Origin: Squalus acanthias
Lineage: Eukaryota
Assembly: GCA_030390025.1 (NCBI GenBank)
Contig: CM059432.1
Coordinates: 12,338,001 to 12,402,000, forward strand
DNA: 64,000 nt
Direction of reading: 5' to 3'
The notes under the pieces were generated by a model. The model ran no database searches and was not told where the DNA came from. It was given only the letters and a program-made list of their open reading frames with translations. Position numbers and translations under genes: made by a program. Positions 25,335-37,553 of this stretch are shown piece by piece; within the stretch, counting starts at the first letter, position 1, and each line of letters opens with the position of its first letter.

Positions 25335-26191
25335 GGGGGAAAAATTTGGTTGCTTTTCGCCTCCCGTTAGGGCGCTAATGGGGCGCAAAGCAACTAGTGC
25401 TCGGGCATGGTGATGTTTGCGCCGCTCGCAAAATTGACCATTTTGCGGCGGCGCTAAACACTACCGCCACGATCTCCTGCACCCGCAGATCATGACGTCA
25501 GTCGAGTACGCAACGCCCCGGTAGCGCACTGGACCGGATATTGAGTGGCGGCCCCTGCCTTACCGCCTGCCGCTAGCAATGACAGGTTGAGGGGAGAGTT
25601 TTGCAGTCGGGAAGGGACTGGGGGAGCGCTATTTAAAGGCGACCGCTTCCTGCCTTTTTTGTCGACGACATTTTTGCACCACGCATTCTGAGAAAGAGAG
25701 AGAAAGACTTCTGGAGAGATTCAACGCTGTGTGAAGGAGTTTTGGGTACTGAGCAGCACTTTGCAGGTTCATTCTGATTTGACCTTCCTTGCATCGATTT
25801 AGAAGAGACTATGGGGGCTGCACTCTGAGCTCTTTCCCTGGGTCTCTCCATTGTTCTTTCCAGCAGATTTGATGTACAGGTCTCTCCAGGCCAAGATTCA
25901 AGGCTGCAATGAGCAGGGAGTGGATGGAGAGCAAGATCGACCCTCCCCTTTAAGAACTGGCCGGCGCCAGTGTGTCTGTGTTCCATTGCTGACTGACATC
26001 ACCTGAGCTTCGCCAGCGCTCTGAGGTAGCGCCTCGCTCCTCGGCGTTAGCGCCTGATTTAGTGCTCCAATCATCTCCAGGGGCGATAGAAGCCAAGTTT
26101 GCAGTCAGAGGCGATAATTAGCGGCAGGCGCTAAACTTTGCGCCCGGCCGATAATTGCGCCCCAAACCGGGCGATACCGAATTTCTCCCCC
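25335..26191. mobile_element. PIF/Harbinger-like non-autonomous element (857 bp, CpG-rich arms)
   Basis: TIR gggggaaaaatttggt versus gggggagaaattcggt (14/16); TTA target duplication on both sides. Confidence 0.78.
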
Positions 26192-27935
26192 TTAATCTCT
26201 CTGAATGCTGATCCAGTAAAAAAAAGTGTGGAAAAAGTGGCAATATATAGACACTTACACCTCATCTTGCAAGGTGGCAATCTTAGTTAAACTCCGAGTC
26301 TGTTTGCTTACATTAAGGAAACAGCTGTCATAAAACACATTCCCAGGCATAGCTCACAGCTCTGTTCACACAGATTTAGTTCTGGCAAGAGAACCAAACT
26401 CACTGGATGAACTGTATTGTTTTACATAAAAGCCCTGTTGCTCATCAGGCTAAGACACTTGTTCTGAAATGGGATATATTAAACATACATTAATATGCGC
26501 ATCCCGGTTTTCATCGCTCCACCATTGGCGGCCGTGCCTTCAGCTGCCAAGGCCCCAAGCTCTGGAATTCCCTCCCTAAACCTCTCCGCCTCCCTCCTTC
26601 TTTTAAGACGCTCTTTAAAACCGACCTGTTTGACCAAGCTTTTGGTTCCCTGTCCTAATATCTCCTGATGTGGCTCGGTGTCAAATTTTATTTTATAACG
26701 CTCCTGTGAAGCGCCTTGGGACAGTTTTACTGCATTAAAGGCGCTATATAAATGCACGTTGTTGTTGCTGGAACCAATAATGCGATTGGTGGGGTGTGCA
26801 CCTCTATTATGATGCATGGATGGCTACTCCCCACCCAATACATCCAATCTAGCGGCTAACAAATGGAGTGCAAAGAGCTTGTACATAAAATGTGTGCAAG
26901 ACTCATTAAGGCCCTGTTAGAATACTTTGAGTAGTGCTCCAGTTGCTAAGTGTCTATTTGTACTTCAGGGAAAACCCTATAAAGGGAAGGGGAAAATGTT
27001 GCTGGTGGATCGCCCTCTCCCTGACCTTTGGCCGTCCTTCCAAAGTTTCTGCTTTTTCCTTCGGCCGTCACCAGCCAGATTCATCGAGGGGACTGAAGAC
27101 CATGCAGAAAAGAAAAAGTGTCAATGATTTGGCATTGAGACATTCCTCCCCCTCCACTCCCTCCCCCCCCCTCCCCTCCCGACCCCTCAACTCCTTTCCC
27201 TGTGTGGTGCTCCCAGCATGCCATGTGCTACACACACGGAGTGCCACTAAAATACTTCAGTGAGCTAAAACCTTGCATTTTTATCCAAGGTCAGATCATT
27301 TTGGTGCCCGTGCATGGTGTGCCTATGGAGCAGCAGTGTCACCTGCACTGTGCCAAGACTCCAATGTTGGCCCTACTGCGTCTTCCTGCTCCGTGTATTG
27401 TGTTCGGGCTGTAAATAAATCTGACCAAATAGTTTTAGACTGTAAACAGTGATTGTTATTTTCCACCTTTCAGACAAGACAAGAAAATGTGACGGGCTTC
27501 CCAGTGCGTTCTTCAGTGATGAAAATATTGGGATTTGAAGTTAAATGTTAGATCTGAGCATGCTAACCCATACAAGGCAACAGGTTTCAATTCAAAGGAT
27601 ACTGCATCCGTTTATGGAAGCTGCCTTTTGAGCCATGGACATGGACAAGGACAAAAAAAGTTAGGAAAAAGCCTGAACTGTAACAATGAGTTCCACAGTT
27701 CCGAGTTTTTGGGAAAGAATGAAATGACAGATGATCACAAGATCGATAGCAATAAGAAAAATGATTTGGCCCACCCCAGCTCGTCATCACAACACTTTCT
27801 TCAATGATTCGAGGGTTTTTACCTCCACTGCTCGACCCAGTAATCCCATCCACGTGAAGATCACTCTTTATGATGAGAACTTTCTGAGATCAGTCCTAAA
27901 TTTGCCTTCTGTCTGTTTGAACCCGTGTCTTAATA

Positions 27936-28290
27936 TAGGAAACTCTTTATTAACCGGCACCCAAATATCCGGAAATCTCTCTTAACCGGCAAAATTCTTC
28001 AGTAGGTAACTGGGGTTTTCCTTCATCTCTCGTTTAAAATTAACTTTAAAAAAAACCCCGAGGCGTTTGCCTTGTATCGGAGCGTGTAGATTGGGAGGGG
28101 AATGTGCAGCCCGGGTAGGCAGCGGACACGACAGATGGTCAGCTGGCGGTCCCCGGGGAGACGGAGCTCCGAATGCAGGCGCATGTCAATGTGTACGGGG
28201 CTCTCGTACGTTGGGAGATATAACTCTCCATTATCCGGACTTTTTGATTAACCGGCACCACGCCGGTCCCGGTTAATAAAGAGTTTCCTG
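27936..28290. mobile_element. Tc1/mariner-pogo (Tigger-like) MITE
   Basis: TIR (t/c)aggaaactctttattaaccgg, 21/22 match; TA TSD. Confidence 0.85.
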
Positions 28291-28519
28291 TATATGGTTT
28301 GGTCAGCATTGATTTCAACACATCGAGGACCCAGGGAGGAAGAACAGAGTGCAAAGCAGTGAATTCGGTGCTCAGGAGGAACAAAGAGAGGAAAATATAT
28401 CTAAAATGTAAAATATTCGTTGGATTTGCTTTTTATTCCCATGTCAGCTCTTCTTATTATATTTGAGCACTTTTGCAAGACTTACTAGAACTGGGCTCAC
28501 CTTTGCTTCTGTGGGGAGT

Positions 28520-28617
28520 AACAACAGAAAACGCTGGAAAAACTCAGCAGGCCAGGCAGCATCCGTGGAGAGAGAAAGAGAGTTAACGTTTCAGGTCGAT
28601 GACCTTTCATCAGAACT
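28520..28617 (-). mobile_element. Penelope-like terminal fragment carrying a minimal hammerhead motif
   Basis: Same family as the left arm of 21561-21801. Confidence 0.75.
28581..28617 (-). ncRNA. Putative minimal type I hammerhead ribozyme (Penelope-associated)
   Basis: Minus strand: agtt CTGATGA a aggtc-atc-gacct GAAA cg TT aact = stem I, core, stem II, GAAA, palindromic minimal stem III, GUU triplet. Confidence 0.6.
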
Positions 28618-29065
28618 TTGCTTCTGTGGGGTTCAGACTGGGTTCCCGCCCTGTGTTCTTTTATTCACACACTATGTCCTGGGGTGCGGCAAACTACAAA
28701 TTGGACAAACTTTTATTTCAGGTCAATTCCCAATAAACCTCAAGAGGCACAGCTCTACACAGAATGTATCAACATTTCGAAGAAGCTGCACCAATCTTGG
28801 TCTCTGGCTTCGAACCACGTAAACCACATCTTAAGTCTTTATACTTAATGATCTGTCCAGGCCTTATTTAATAACTATTTTCTACTCTTCCTCTCCTGCA
28901 AGTGCTGACTCACGCTGCAGTTTGGTCCTTACAGGTACCAGGTACCTTTCCCAAGTGGCCATTACCCTGGACAGCGATTGCTGATGGGCTGTTATGACCA
29001 CAAGGGGCATCGCAGTTGAGCCTGTCTGACATCAACACGTGCATGCTTTCAAGCAGGGAGAAATG

Positions 29066-29671
29066 AATAAGAACATAAGAATGAGGGGCAGGAGTAGCCC
29101 ATACGGCCGCTCGAGCCTGTTCCACCACTCAATAAGATCATGGCTGATCGTCGACCTCAACTCCACTTTCGCCCGACATCCCTTGATTTCCCCCTGGAGT
29201 CCAAAAATCTATCGATCTCAGCCTTGAATATACTCAACACCTGAGCATCCACAGCCCTCTGGGGCAGAGAATTCCAAAGATTCACAACCCTCTGAGTGAA
29301 GAAATTCCTCCTCATCTCAGTCTTAAATGGCCGACCCCTTATCCTGAGACTATGCCCCCTAGTTCTAGACTCTCCAGCCAGGGGAAACAACCTCTCAGCA
29401 TCTAGCCTGTCAATCCCCCTCAGAATCTTGTATGTTTCAATGAGATCACCTCTCATTCTTCTAAACTCCAGAGAGTATAGGCCCAATCTACTCAATCTCT
29501 CCTCAAAGGACAGCACTCTCATCCCAGGGATCAATCTGGCTGCACTGCCTCTAAGGCAAGTATGTCCTTCTTCAGATAAGACGACCAAAACTGTGCACAG
29601 TACTCCAGGTGTGGTCTCACCAAAGCCCTGTACAATTGTAGTAAGACTTGCTTACTCTTGTACTCCAACCC
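29066..29671 (-). mobile_element. CR1 LINE 3' fragment inside an older SINE-like element
   Basis: ORF 29157-29588; tail reads aataagaacataaga on the plus strand. Confidence 0.9.
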
Positions 29672-31174
29672 CAGTTGTAATTAGGGATAGGAATCACGGC
29701 TGATTTATTTCTCCGTTAGACCGGGGAGGGGTTACTGTAGCGACCCTAATTCTGGCCAAGCTGAGGTCAACTAACTTGAGGACTGAAAGTGAGAACTTCT
29801 GCTCTGTCAGGCTCAGTTCCACGTTGGGAGGTTCATTTATCAGCTGAGCTACTGCGTTCTATTTGTTTTACATGGAAGTTACAGCACAGAAACAGGCCAT
29901 TCGGCCTAACTGGTCTATGCTGGTGTTTATGCTCCACACGAGCTTCCTCCCACCCACTGCAGTCATTGTGCGATTACTGACTTAACGTGCAGCCGAGTGG
30001 GGTGAAAAACTGGTAATCCGATAGTTTAGGAAGGATCCGGTGAGGCTCGTTAGTCCACAGAACCCAATAAAGTAAAAATAAAATCACAGCAGTCAGTCTA
30101 TAAAAAGATAGATGATGTCACTTCTAGTGTAACCCTTCGATAGAAGTGTTCTGATGAGGGTTACACACCCAAAAATGTGTTCTCTCCTTACAGATACTGC
30201 TGCATGTTTCCGAAGAGGTAAAGAAGTTTCTCCTGAAGTCCTTTACTGGATTTATTCGTGACTATCTTATACTTTAGAGGGGTATTCTTGGTAAGTTTCC
30301 AGGGAAGACACAATTCCTGAAACAAGATGAACCAAAAGCTCCACCATGCTGACTGCAAAGCAGAGTTTCCACTCAGTGGGGTCTCTCGTACAAGGCAGTG
30401 GCCAACATTACAGTTGTTCAAAACTCAGTTGGATGCTAGGCCTGGAGATCCAGGGCGCTCCAGGGATCAGCTTTGGAGGGTCGGGTGACTTCCCTCCTGC
30501 TGTTGAGGACAATTATTCAAATCCAGAGAGGAAAACGTCTGGGAGATACAAGAAGAGGACCTCCCGCGCAAGCTTACAGAAGCTGGGATTTCAAATAGAT
30601 TTCTCGTTACGCCTCTGCGCGTGAAGCAACATGCCAATGGTTGGCCAAGTCATCCTAATCATTAAAAAAAAAATCCACATTGTAATAAACTTTACAAAAC
30701 TATGCAAGTCTGAAGGTACTGAAAGGGAAGCGTTCGACAAAATAAGCTATTTAGGGCAAGCTAGAGAAGTACATGAGGGAGAAAGGAATAGAGGGGTATG
30801 CTGATCGGGTGAGATGAAGTAGGGTGGGAGGAGGCTCGTGTGGAGCATAAACACCGGCACGGACCAGTTGGTCCGAATGGCCTGTTTCTGCGCTGTACAT
30901 TCTATGTAATTTAAGAAAAAAAAATGTAACTGTACAGTTGGTGAGGCAACGTGGCCATATTCTGTTTCTGTGACTTTCACAAAATGTCTCAATCTATGGA
31001 GAACACAGTGTGCTGATTGAAATGGCAGTGGGATTTAAAATGGGAAGGCTCTGAGGTATTTCCAATATTAATGACAGAACTGATGGGCCCACCTTGGGGG
31101 GGGGGGGAATACATGTAAAGTAACGATACAAAATAAAAACAGTCATGCATGTTTTTTGGAAGCATTTCCACACA

Positions 31175-32474
31175 AATATGGACTTCTCAGACTGGGAGCT
31201 GGTTTGCAGTGGTGTCCCCCCAAGGGTTAATTTTGGGTCCATTACTCTTTGCAATTTTTCTAAAAGACCCCTAGACTTGGGTATAGGGAGCAACATTATA
31301 AAGTATGCAGATGATACCAAACCTGGCAAAGTAGTAGATAGTGATGAGGATAGTTAAAGGCTTCAGGATGACATGGACAGGATGGTGAAATGGGCAGACG
31401 CACGGCAGGTGGCTTTCAATGCACAGAAGTGTGAAGTGATGCACTTTGGGAGGACTAATATGGAAAGACAACACACTATAAATGGCACGATTTTGAAAAG
31501 TGTAGATGAGCAGAGAGACCTTGGTGTCCATATACACAAATCCTTAAAAGGTGGCAGGGCAAGTTAATAAGGTGGTTAAAAAAGATTATGGGTTACTTGG
31601 GTTTATAAACAGAGAAATAGAATATAAAAGCAAAGCGAACATGCTAGAACTTTATAAATCACTGGTTAGGCCTCAGCTGGAGTATTGTTGACGGTTCTGG
31701 GCGCCACACTTCAGGAAAGATGTAAAGGCCTTAGAAAGGGTACAGAGGAGGTTTACCAGGAGATTCCCAGGGTTGAGGGACTTCAGTTATGAGGAGGGGT
31801 TGGAAATGTTAGGACTGTTCTTCTTGGGACACAGAAGGTTAAGAGGTGACCTAATAGAGGTTTTCAAGTTGGTAAGAGGTTTTGATAGAGTAGATCAAGA
31901 AAAATTATTCCCTCTGGCAAGTGGGCCAGTAAGTAAAGGTCATAGATTCAAAATCATTGCCAAAAGATCTAGAGGGAAGATGAGAAGTTTTTATTTCTCG
32001 AGTTATCCCCGGTGTCCTGGCTAATATTTATCCCTCAATCAACATAACAGAATACAGATTATCTGCTCATGATCCCATTGCTGTTTGTGGGAGCTTGCTG
32101 TGCGCAAATTAGCTGGCGTGTTTCCTACATTACAACAGTGACTACACTTCAAAAGTACTTCATTGGCTGTAAAGCGCTTTGGGACGGTATGAGGTTGTGA
32201 AAGGCGCTATATAAATGCAAGTCTTTCTTTCTTTCTTTCTTTTTCACTCAGAGTTGTTGGGGATCTGGAACGCTCGACCTGAACAGGTGGTGGAAGCTGA
32301 TTCCAGAAATAATTTTAAAAAGGGAGTTGGACAGGTAGTGGAGGATGAGGAGCTCACAGGGTTACGGACAAAAAGCGGGGGATGTGGGACTAAGCACGAC
32401 GGCTCTTTCAAAGAGGCGGCACAGGCACGATGGGCCGAATGGCCTCCTTCTGTGCTGTGAGTTTCTATGATTCT
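31175..32474 (+). mobile_element. CR1 LINE (RT end) interrupted by a Deu-SINE 3' half at about 31999-32240
   Basis: SGVPP...KYADDTK...KCEVMHFG...; CR1 resumes at ttttcactcagagttgttggg. Confidence 0.85.
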
Positions 32475-33239
32475 AAATAAGCAAGCTATTTATATTTCTT
32501 TATTTCACTTTACACCACACAAAAGAATGTAGAGTGAAAGATGATCAAATCTAAAACAGTGGAGGAAATCGCCCAATTACTCAGCCTGGTACTGAAACTT
32601 ATGCGAGTTTTAAAATCCCATAGTTTCTTAATTTTCATTGGCCCTTTTTATTGATTACAATTTATTTAAATTGTGCTGCAGACATTTAACGAGCTCCACT
32701 TTTAAATCAATTTGTACACAAAGATTAGGAGTTAGACTGCGCAAGAAAGCATTTCTTAATCTTTTATCTATCTAATGGTTTATGAAATATATCCATTCCT
32801 CTCTGGGTAAAAGGATCTGCTGCGCTGAACGGGCAGAGTAGCTTTTTGAGTCGGCGTGCTGATTTTTTTATTTATTTGTTCACGGGATGTGGGCGTCGCT
32901 GGCAAGGCCAGCATTTATTGCCCATCCCTAATTGCCCTTGAGAAGGCTTTTTGTAACTGCTTGAATGATTCTGAAGTACTTTGACGGCTTTGGAAGAAGT
33001 TGCAGTAAGTTAAAGATGCCCCGTTATCTTTTCTGGGAAGCACAGCTTTCAGGGGTAGCCCCTGAAAACAGCATTCGTTTGTTTGTTTGTTGGGGGCCAA
33101 TTTCAGGAAAGTCATCAGACTTAACCCGCAAAAGGAAACTTGTGGAACCTACTGCAATAGTGAATTTTCCTGTACCTCATGTGAATCCCACTGCTTCATC
33201 CTGGTCTGTAAATTCACAAAGTCTTAAAAGAATTGACGG

Positions 33240-33415
33240 GGGGGGGGGGGGATGGGAGAAAGAGAAAGAAAGAGACAAAGGTAGAAAGGGAGATAAAAAT
33301 AGAGAAGGGCAAAGGAACAAAGAAAAAAAGGAGTAGAAATAAAAGCGAAAAAAAGATAGAAAGAGAAAAACAACAAGAGGAAGAAGGGGAGAGAAAGACA
33401 GACAAAGAAAGGGAT
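33240..33415. repeat. Purine-rich (GA) low-complexity tract; another at about 52000-52152
   Basis: Direct composition. Confidence 0.85.
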
Positions 33416-33934
33416 GCTAGCACATTGACCCAGTAGCTTAGAATCTCAGCATGTAGTTCAAACAGAATTAAAACAAACATCCATTCTCCTCTGGCCCGCT
33501 TGGTAAAAGGAATTCAGCATTGAACCGGCAGAGTGGCTGTTGGAGTCGAGAGTCGGCTCTCTGTAGTTATTTGAAGGAATCGAAGGTACTTTTATGTCTT
33601 TGGAGAGAAGTTGCATTCAGTTAAGGATGTCGTTATCTCTTCTGGAAGCCCGTTTTGTGCTACCGCTGAAAACCAATTTCGCCAACCGTTATTTCCCTCT
33701 CCTCTTAAAATAAATCCATCGGTCTAAATCAAATATTTGTGTTTCAGCTTGTTCAACTTTGATCTCAACTCATCTTCACAACGTAACCAACTTACGGCGA
33801 CATCTAGGTTAGAAACTGTCAATGTACAGAAGCTGGCCCAGTGTCAATGCTCTGTATCATGGAACAGGAGATGACAGATGTAATGCCAACCTCAGCTACA
33901 TGACACACAATTAAAACTGGTTCTTGGCATGTTG

Positions 33935-34449
33935 TTTTTTTTAAATTTCGTTTTATGGGATGTGGGCGTCGCTAGAAAGGCCTTGAGAAGGTGGTGGTGA
34001 GCCGCCTTCTTGAACCGCTGCGGTCCGTATGGTGAAGGTACTCCCACAGTGCTGTTAGGGAGGGAGTTCCAGGATTAGGATAGGCAATATACTTACTGGG
34101 CTGGGTGTGCCGTTGCCGTCCGGATTCATTCTTATTATTTTGTTTCGTAGCGGTTTGGGACAACTGAGCGAATTGCTAGGCAACCACATTGCCGTGGGTC
34201 TGGAGTCACATATAGGCCAGACCAGTTAAGGACGACAGATTTCCTTCCCTGAAGGACATTAGTGAACCAGATGGGTTTTTACAACAATCCAATAGTCAAC
34301 AATTGCTGATACTAGCTTTTTATTCCAGATTTATTTAACTAACTGAATTTAAATTCCCCAGCTGCTGTGGTGGGATTTGAACTCACGTCTCCGGATCATT
34401 AGTCCAGGCCTCTGGATTACTAGCCCAGTGACATTACTACTACGCTACC
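33935..34449 (-). mobile_element. tRNA-derived SINE whose tail is the 3' end of the second LINE family; head-and-body copy also at about 42250-42540
   Basis: Minus head ggtagcgtagtagtaatgtcactgggctagtaatccagagg...gagttcaaatccc; tail matches 15300-15455. Confidence 0.72.
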
Positions 34450-34849
34450 GTTCCCGTGCTCTGGTTTTCACGGTTTCTCAGCTAGGAGATCTCAAGGAAT
34501 CATTATAATATTTCACACTACTGACGATACAGATCGAGAAGAAATTTCCATCAAAACTTTATCCTATCTTGTTAAATAGGCTTCGTACCAATGGCTCAGC
34601 TGCTTAAGGCAGTGAGTAGCTAAACCATACAGGAAGACTTCCAGATTTGAAACCTTGTCATGGCCAAGTTGGCTGATCTCAGCTGGTGCAGCCCTAAGGC
34701 ACTAAATAATTCACTTCATCATGTCAGGGTAAAGGGGGGGCGGGAGGGAGGAGGTGAAAAGTAGTCAGAGTTCTGCTCCTGAATGCTATCCAGTAACTCC
34801 TGCTGGAAGTACAAGCATGTGAATGTCGAGTGAGGATAAGATTGGGCAC

Positions 34850-35498
34850 AGTTAACTGGGCCAGCCACATAAATACTGTGGCTACAACAGCAGATCAGAG
34901 GCTCTGTATTCTGCCATGAGTGTCTCACCTCCTGACTCCCCAAAGCCTTTCCACCATCTACAAGGCACAAGTAAGGAGAGTGATGGAATACTCTCCACTT
35001 GCCTGGATGAGTGCAGCTCCAACAACACTCAAGAAGCTCGACACCATCCAGGACAAAGCAGCCCGCTTGATTGGCACCCCGTCCACCACCTTAAACATTC
35101 ACTCCCTCCACCACCGGCGCACCGTGGCTGCACTGTTTACCATCTATAAGATGCACTGCAGCAGTACGTCAAGGCTTCTTTGACAGCACCTCCCAAACCC
35201 GCGACCTCTACCGCCTAGAAGGACAAGGGCAGCCGGCGCATGGGAACACCACCACCTCTAAGTTCCCCTCCAAGTCACACACCATCCTGACTTGGAAGTA
35301 TATTGCCGTTCCTTCATCGTTGCTGGGTCAAAATCCTGTAACTCCCTACCTAACAGCACTGTGGGAGTACCTTCACCACACGGACTGCAGCGGTTCAAGA
35401 AAGCAGCTCACCACCACCTTCTCGAGGGCTAATTAGGGATGGGCAATAAACGCTGGCCTTGTCAGCGACGCCCACATCCCAGGAACAAATGAAAAAAA
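34850..35498 (+). mobile_element. Second-family LINE 3' part inserted in an older SINE-like element (about 34585-34850 and 35500-35590)
   Basis: SHLLTPQSLSTIYKAQVRRVMEYSPLAW...; the flanking element has a tggctcag A-box-like head. Confidence 0.85.
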
Positions 35499-36216
35499 GT
35501 GACGAGATCGTCAGCTGTTGAATAGCCTGCTAACACTCACTGTCGAGGCTCACACATGGAGAATGAAGGCTACTAAGGTGAGGAGCCCTTGGATCGATAC
35601 CTCAGCAAGAAGTTAACTGCTTCAGGACGGAGCAGAAAAAAGTGATCAAAAACTTCCACCCCCGCCGTATATAGCGCAGGATTATCTGGACCTCAGAATA
35701 TTCCCTAGTCACTGCAAGTATCAATCCATTAGGTGATTTCTGTGGGGCAATGGCAACTACCAAAATCCCTTCGCGCTGGAATGTCGGTGCTACCAAAAAA
35801 GAATCAGAGAAGAGGTTATTTGGGCAATAATGATATATGATCCCTCCACGGATCATATACAATTGGTCTCACCATCGCCTCAATCCAAATGAACTCTATC
35901 TCCTGAGTGGGACAACTAATCTCAGGTGAGCCTCCACGAAGGTAAGTCTGTGAGGAGAAAAAACTCTCTCTGATCCTGGAGGGTAACCAGGCAAAACCCA
36001 CCATTTATGACTCAAGACAATGGATTCCAGCCTTTCGGCCTCTGCACTCTTTAGATGAACATGGACAGCATTCTAGCAACTGCCCTATTAAAGATAAGGC
36101 TAATGGATCTAGAATTTCAGGAGTCATTCCCATAATCTTTTATTTCTTAAGTATCAGAAATTGCGAACTTCTGGCTCTCAGGTACAAACAACCCTTCTAC
36201 TTATGTTCAGGACTCT

Positions 36217-36498
36217 CATAAGAATTAGGAGCAGGAGTCGGCCATGCGGCCCCCTCGAGCCTGCTCCGCCATTCAATAAGATCATGGCTGATCTTTGACC
36301 TCAACTCCACTTTCCTGCCCGATCCTCATAGCCATTGATTCCCCTAGAGTCCAAAAAATCTATTTATCTCAGCCTTGAATATACTCAACGGCTCAGCATC
36401 CACAGCCCTCTGGGGCAGAGAATTCCAAAGATCCACAACCCTCTGAGTGAAGAAATTCCTCCTCAGCTCAGTCTTAAATGGCCGACCCCTTATCCTGA
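36217..36498 (-). mobile_element. CR1 3' fragment
   Basis: Antisense 3'UTR and ORF2 end. Confidence 0.88.
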
Positions 36499-37194
36499 GT
36501 CCAAATGATGCAGTCGTCGTGTACTCCGTGGTTCCCCAAAAAAGGTGTCTGCATCTGCTTCCAGGCCGATCCCATTAAAATGACGGAGCCAGTCTGGAAT
36601 GCAGGCAGGTGCTTGCCATCACTGCAGTAACCCGAAAGGAAAAAGGCCAGGGAATGACAGGTCTCTGTTGAGGTAAGGAATTTGATTACTTCAACAACAA
36701 CAACATAAAATACACCAAACTTTTTAATTATATAGACAGGCATTGGATGGAGTACTTTGAAGAAATAGTACTTCCCCATAACTCTCCTTCCTATTTCAAT
36801 CTACCACCCATTTTACTGTAATGTTACTATTAAGAGGGTAAATGCCAACGCAGATGTTTCTTCAACAGCTGGGCTGTCACAGCTGCAGCAGCATGGGAGC
36901 GCCGTCAACCAATAGCGTTATCAGTTAACAGGAAATGGAAACATTTTCTAGTTAAAAATTGATTTTGAAAATACAGGAATTTCTATATAATTCCCCAACA
37001 ACAACTTGCATTTAACGTAGTTAAACGTCCCAAAGCGCTTCACAGGAGTCACCGAGCCTCAAAATGCTCCTTTCCAAATTTTTCCCTGGTGAAGAACAGG
37101 TGTTCTTTAAGAAAATAAACCCTCTACAACACTCTAATTTTAAAGGCACAATTATCTCCCCTCCCTTTATAACTCTCCACAGTTACGGTAGTTA

Positions 37195-37549
37195 CAGGAA
37201 ACTCTTTCGTATCCGGCACCGACGGGACCGGGATGGTGCCGGTTGATTAAAAATTCCGGATAACGGAGAGGTATATCTACCGAGGCTATTTTTAACAAAC
37301 AAAAATAAAAAAATCAAGAAATGTGCAGTATAATTGGGTGCTCCTCTACAGAATGTTGTGTTAAATGGATGGTGGAAGATGCTTGATTAAGTACAGTAAT
37401 GCCAGTTGAGGGTAATCCATAACTCTTTAATTACTTAACAGTAAAACAAAACTTATAAACGACTGTATACAGTAGTTTTCGGAGTATGAATTCTGCCGGT
37501 TATTAGAGAGTTCCGGATATTTAGGTGCCGTTTAAACGAGAGTTTCCTG
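37195..37549. mobile_element. Tigger-like MITE
   Basis: ta|caggaaactct...agagtttcctg|ta. Confidence 0.85.
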
Positions 37550-37553
37550 TACT

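Noticed and set aside
11661..26324. A second multi-exon minus-strand gene chained from exon-like pieces (26259-26324, about 23570-23685, about 20854-20912, about 17383-17447, 11661-11799)
   Set aside because: The joined peptide resembles no protein I recognise, one piece lies inside a TSD-bounded transposon, several splice sites are weak, and all lie in a same-strand GNAL intron.
35833..35860. Hairpin tatgatcc-ctccac-ggatcata as a terminator or miRNA
   Set aside because: Short isolated stem of about 10 bp, expected by chance, with no supporting context.
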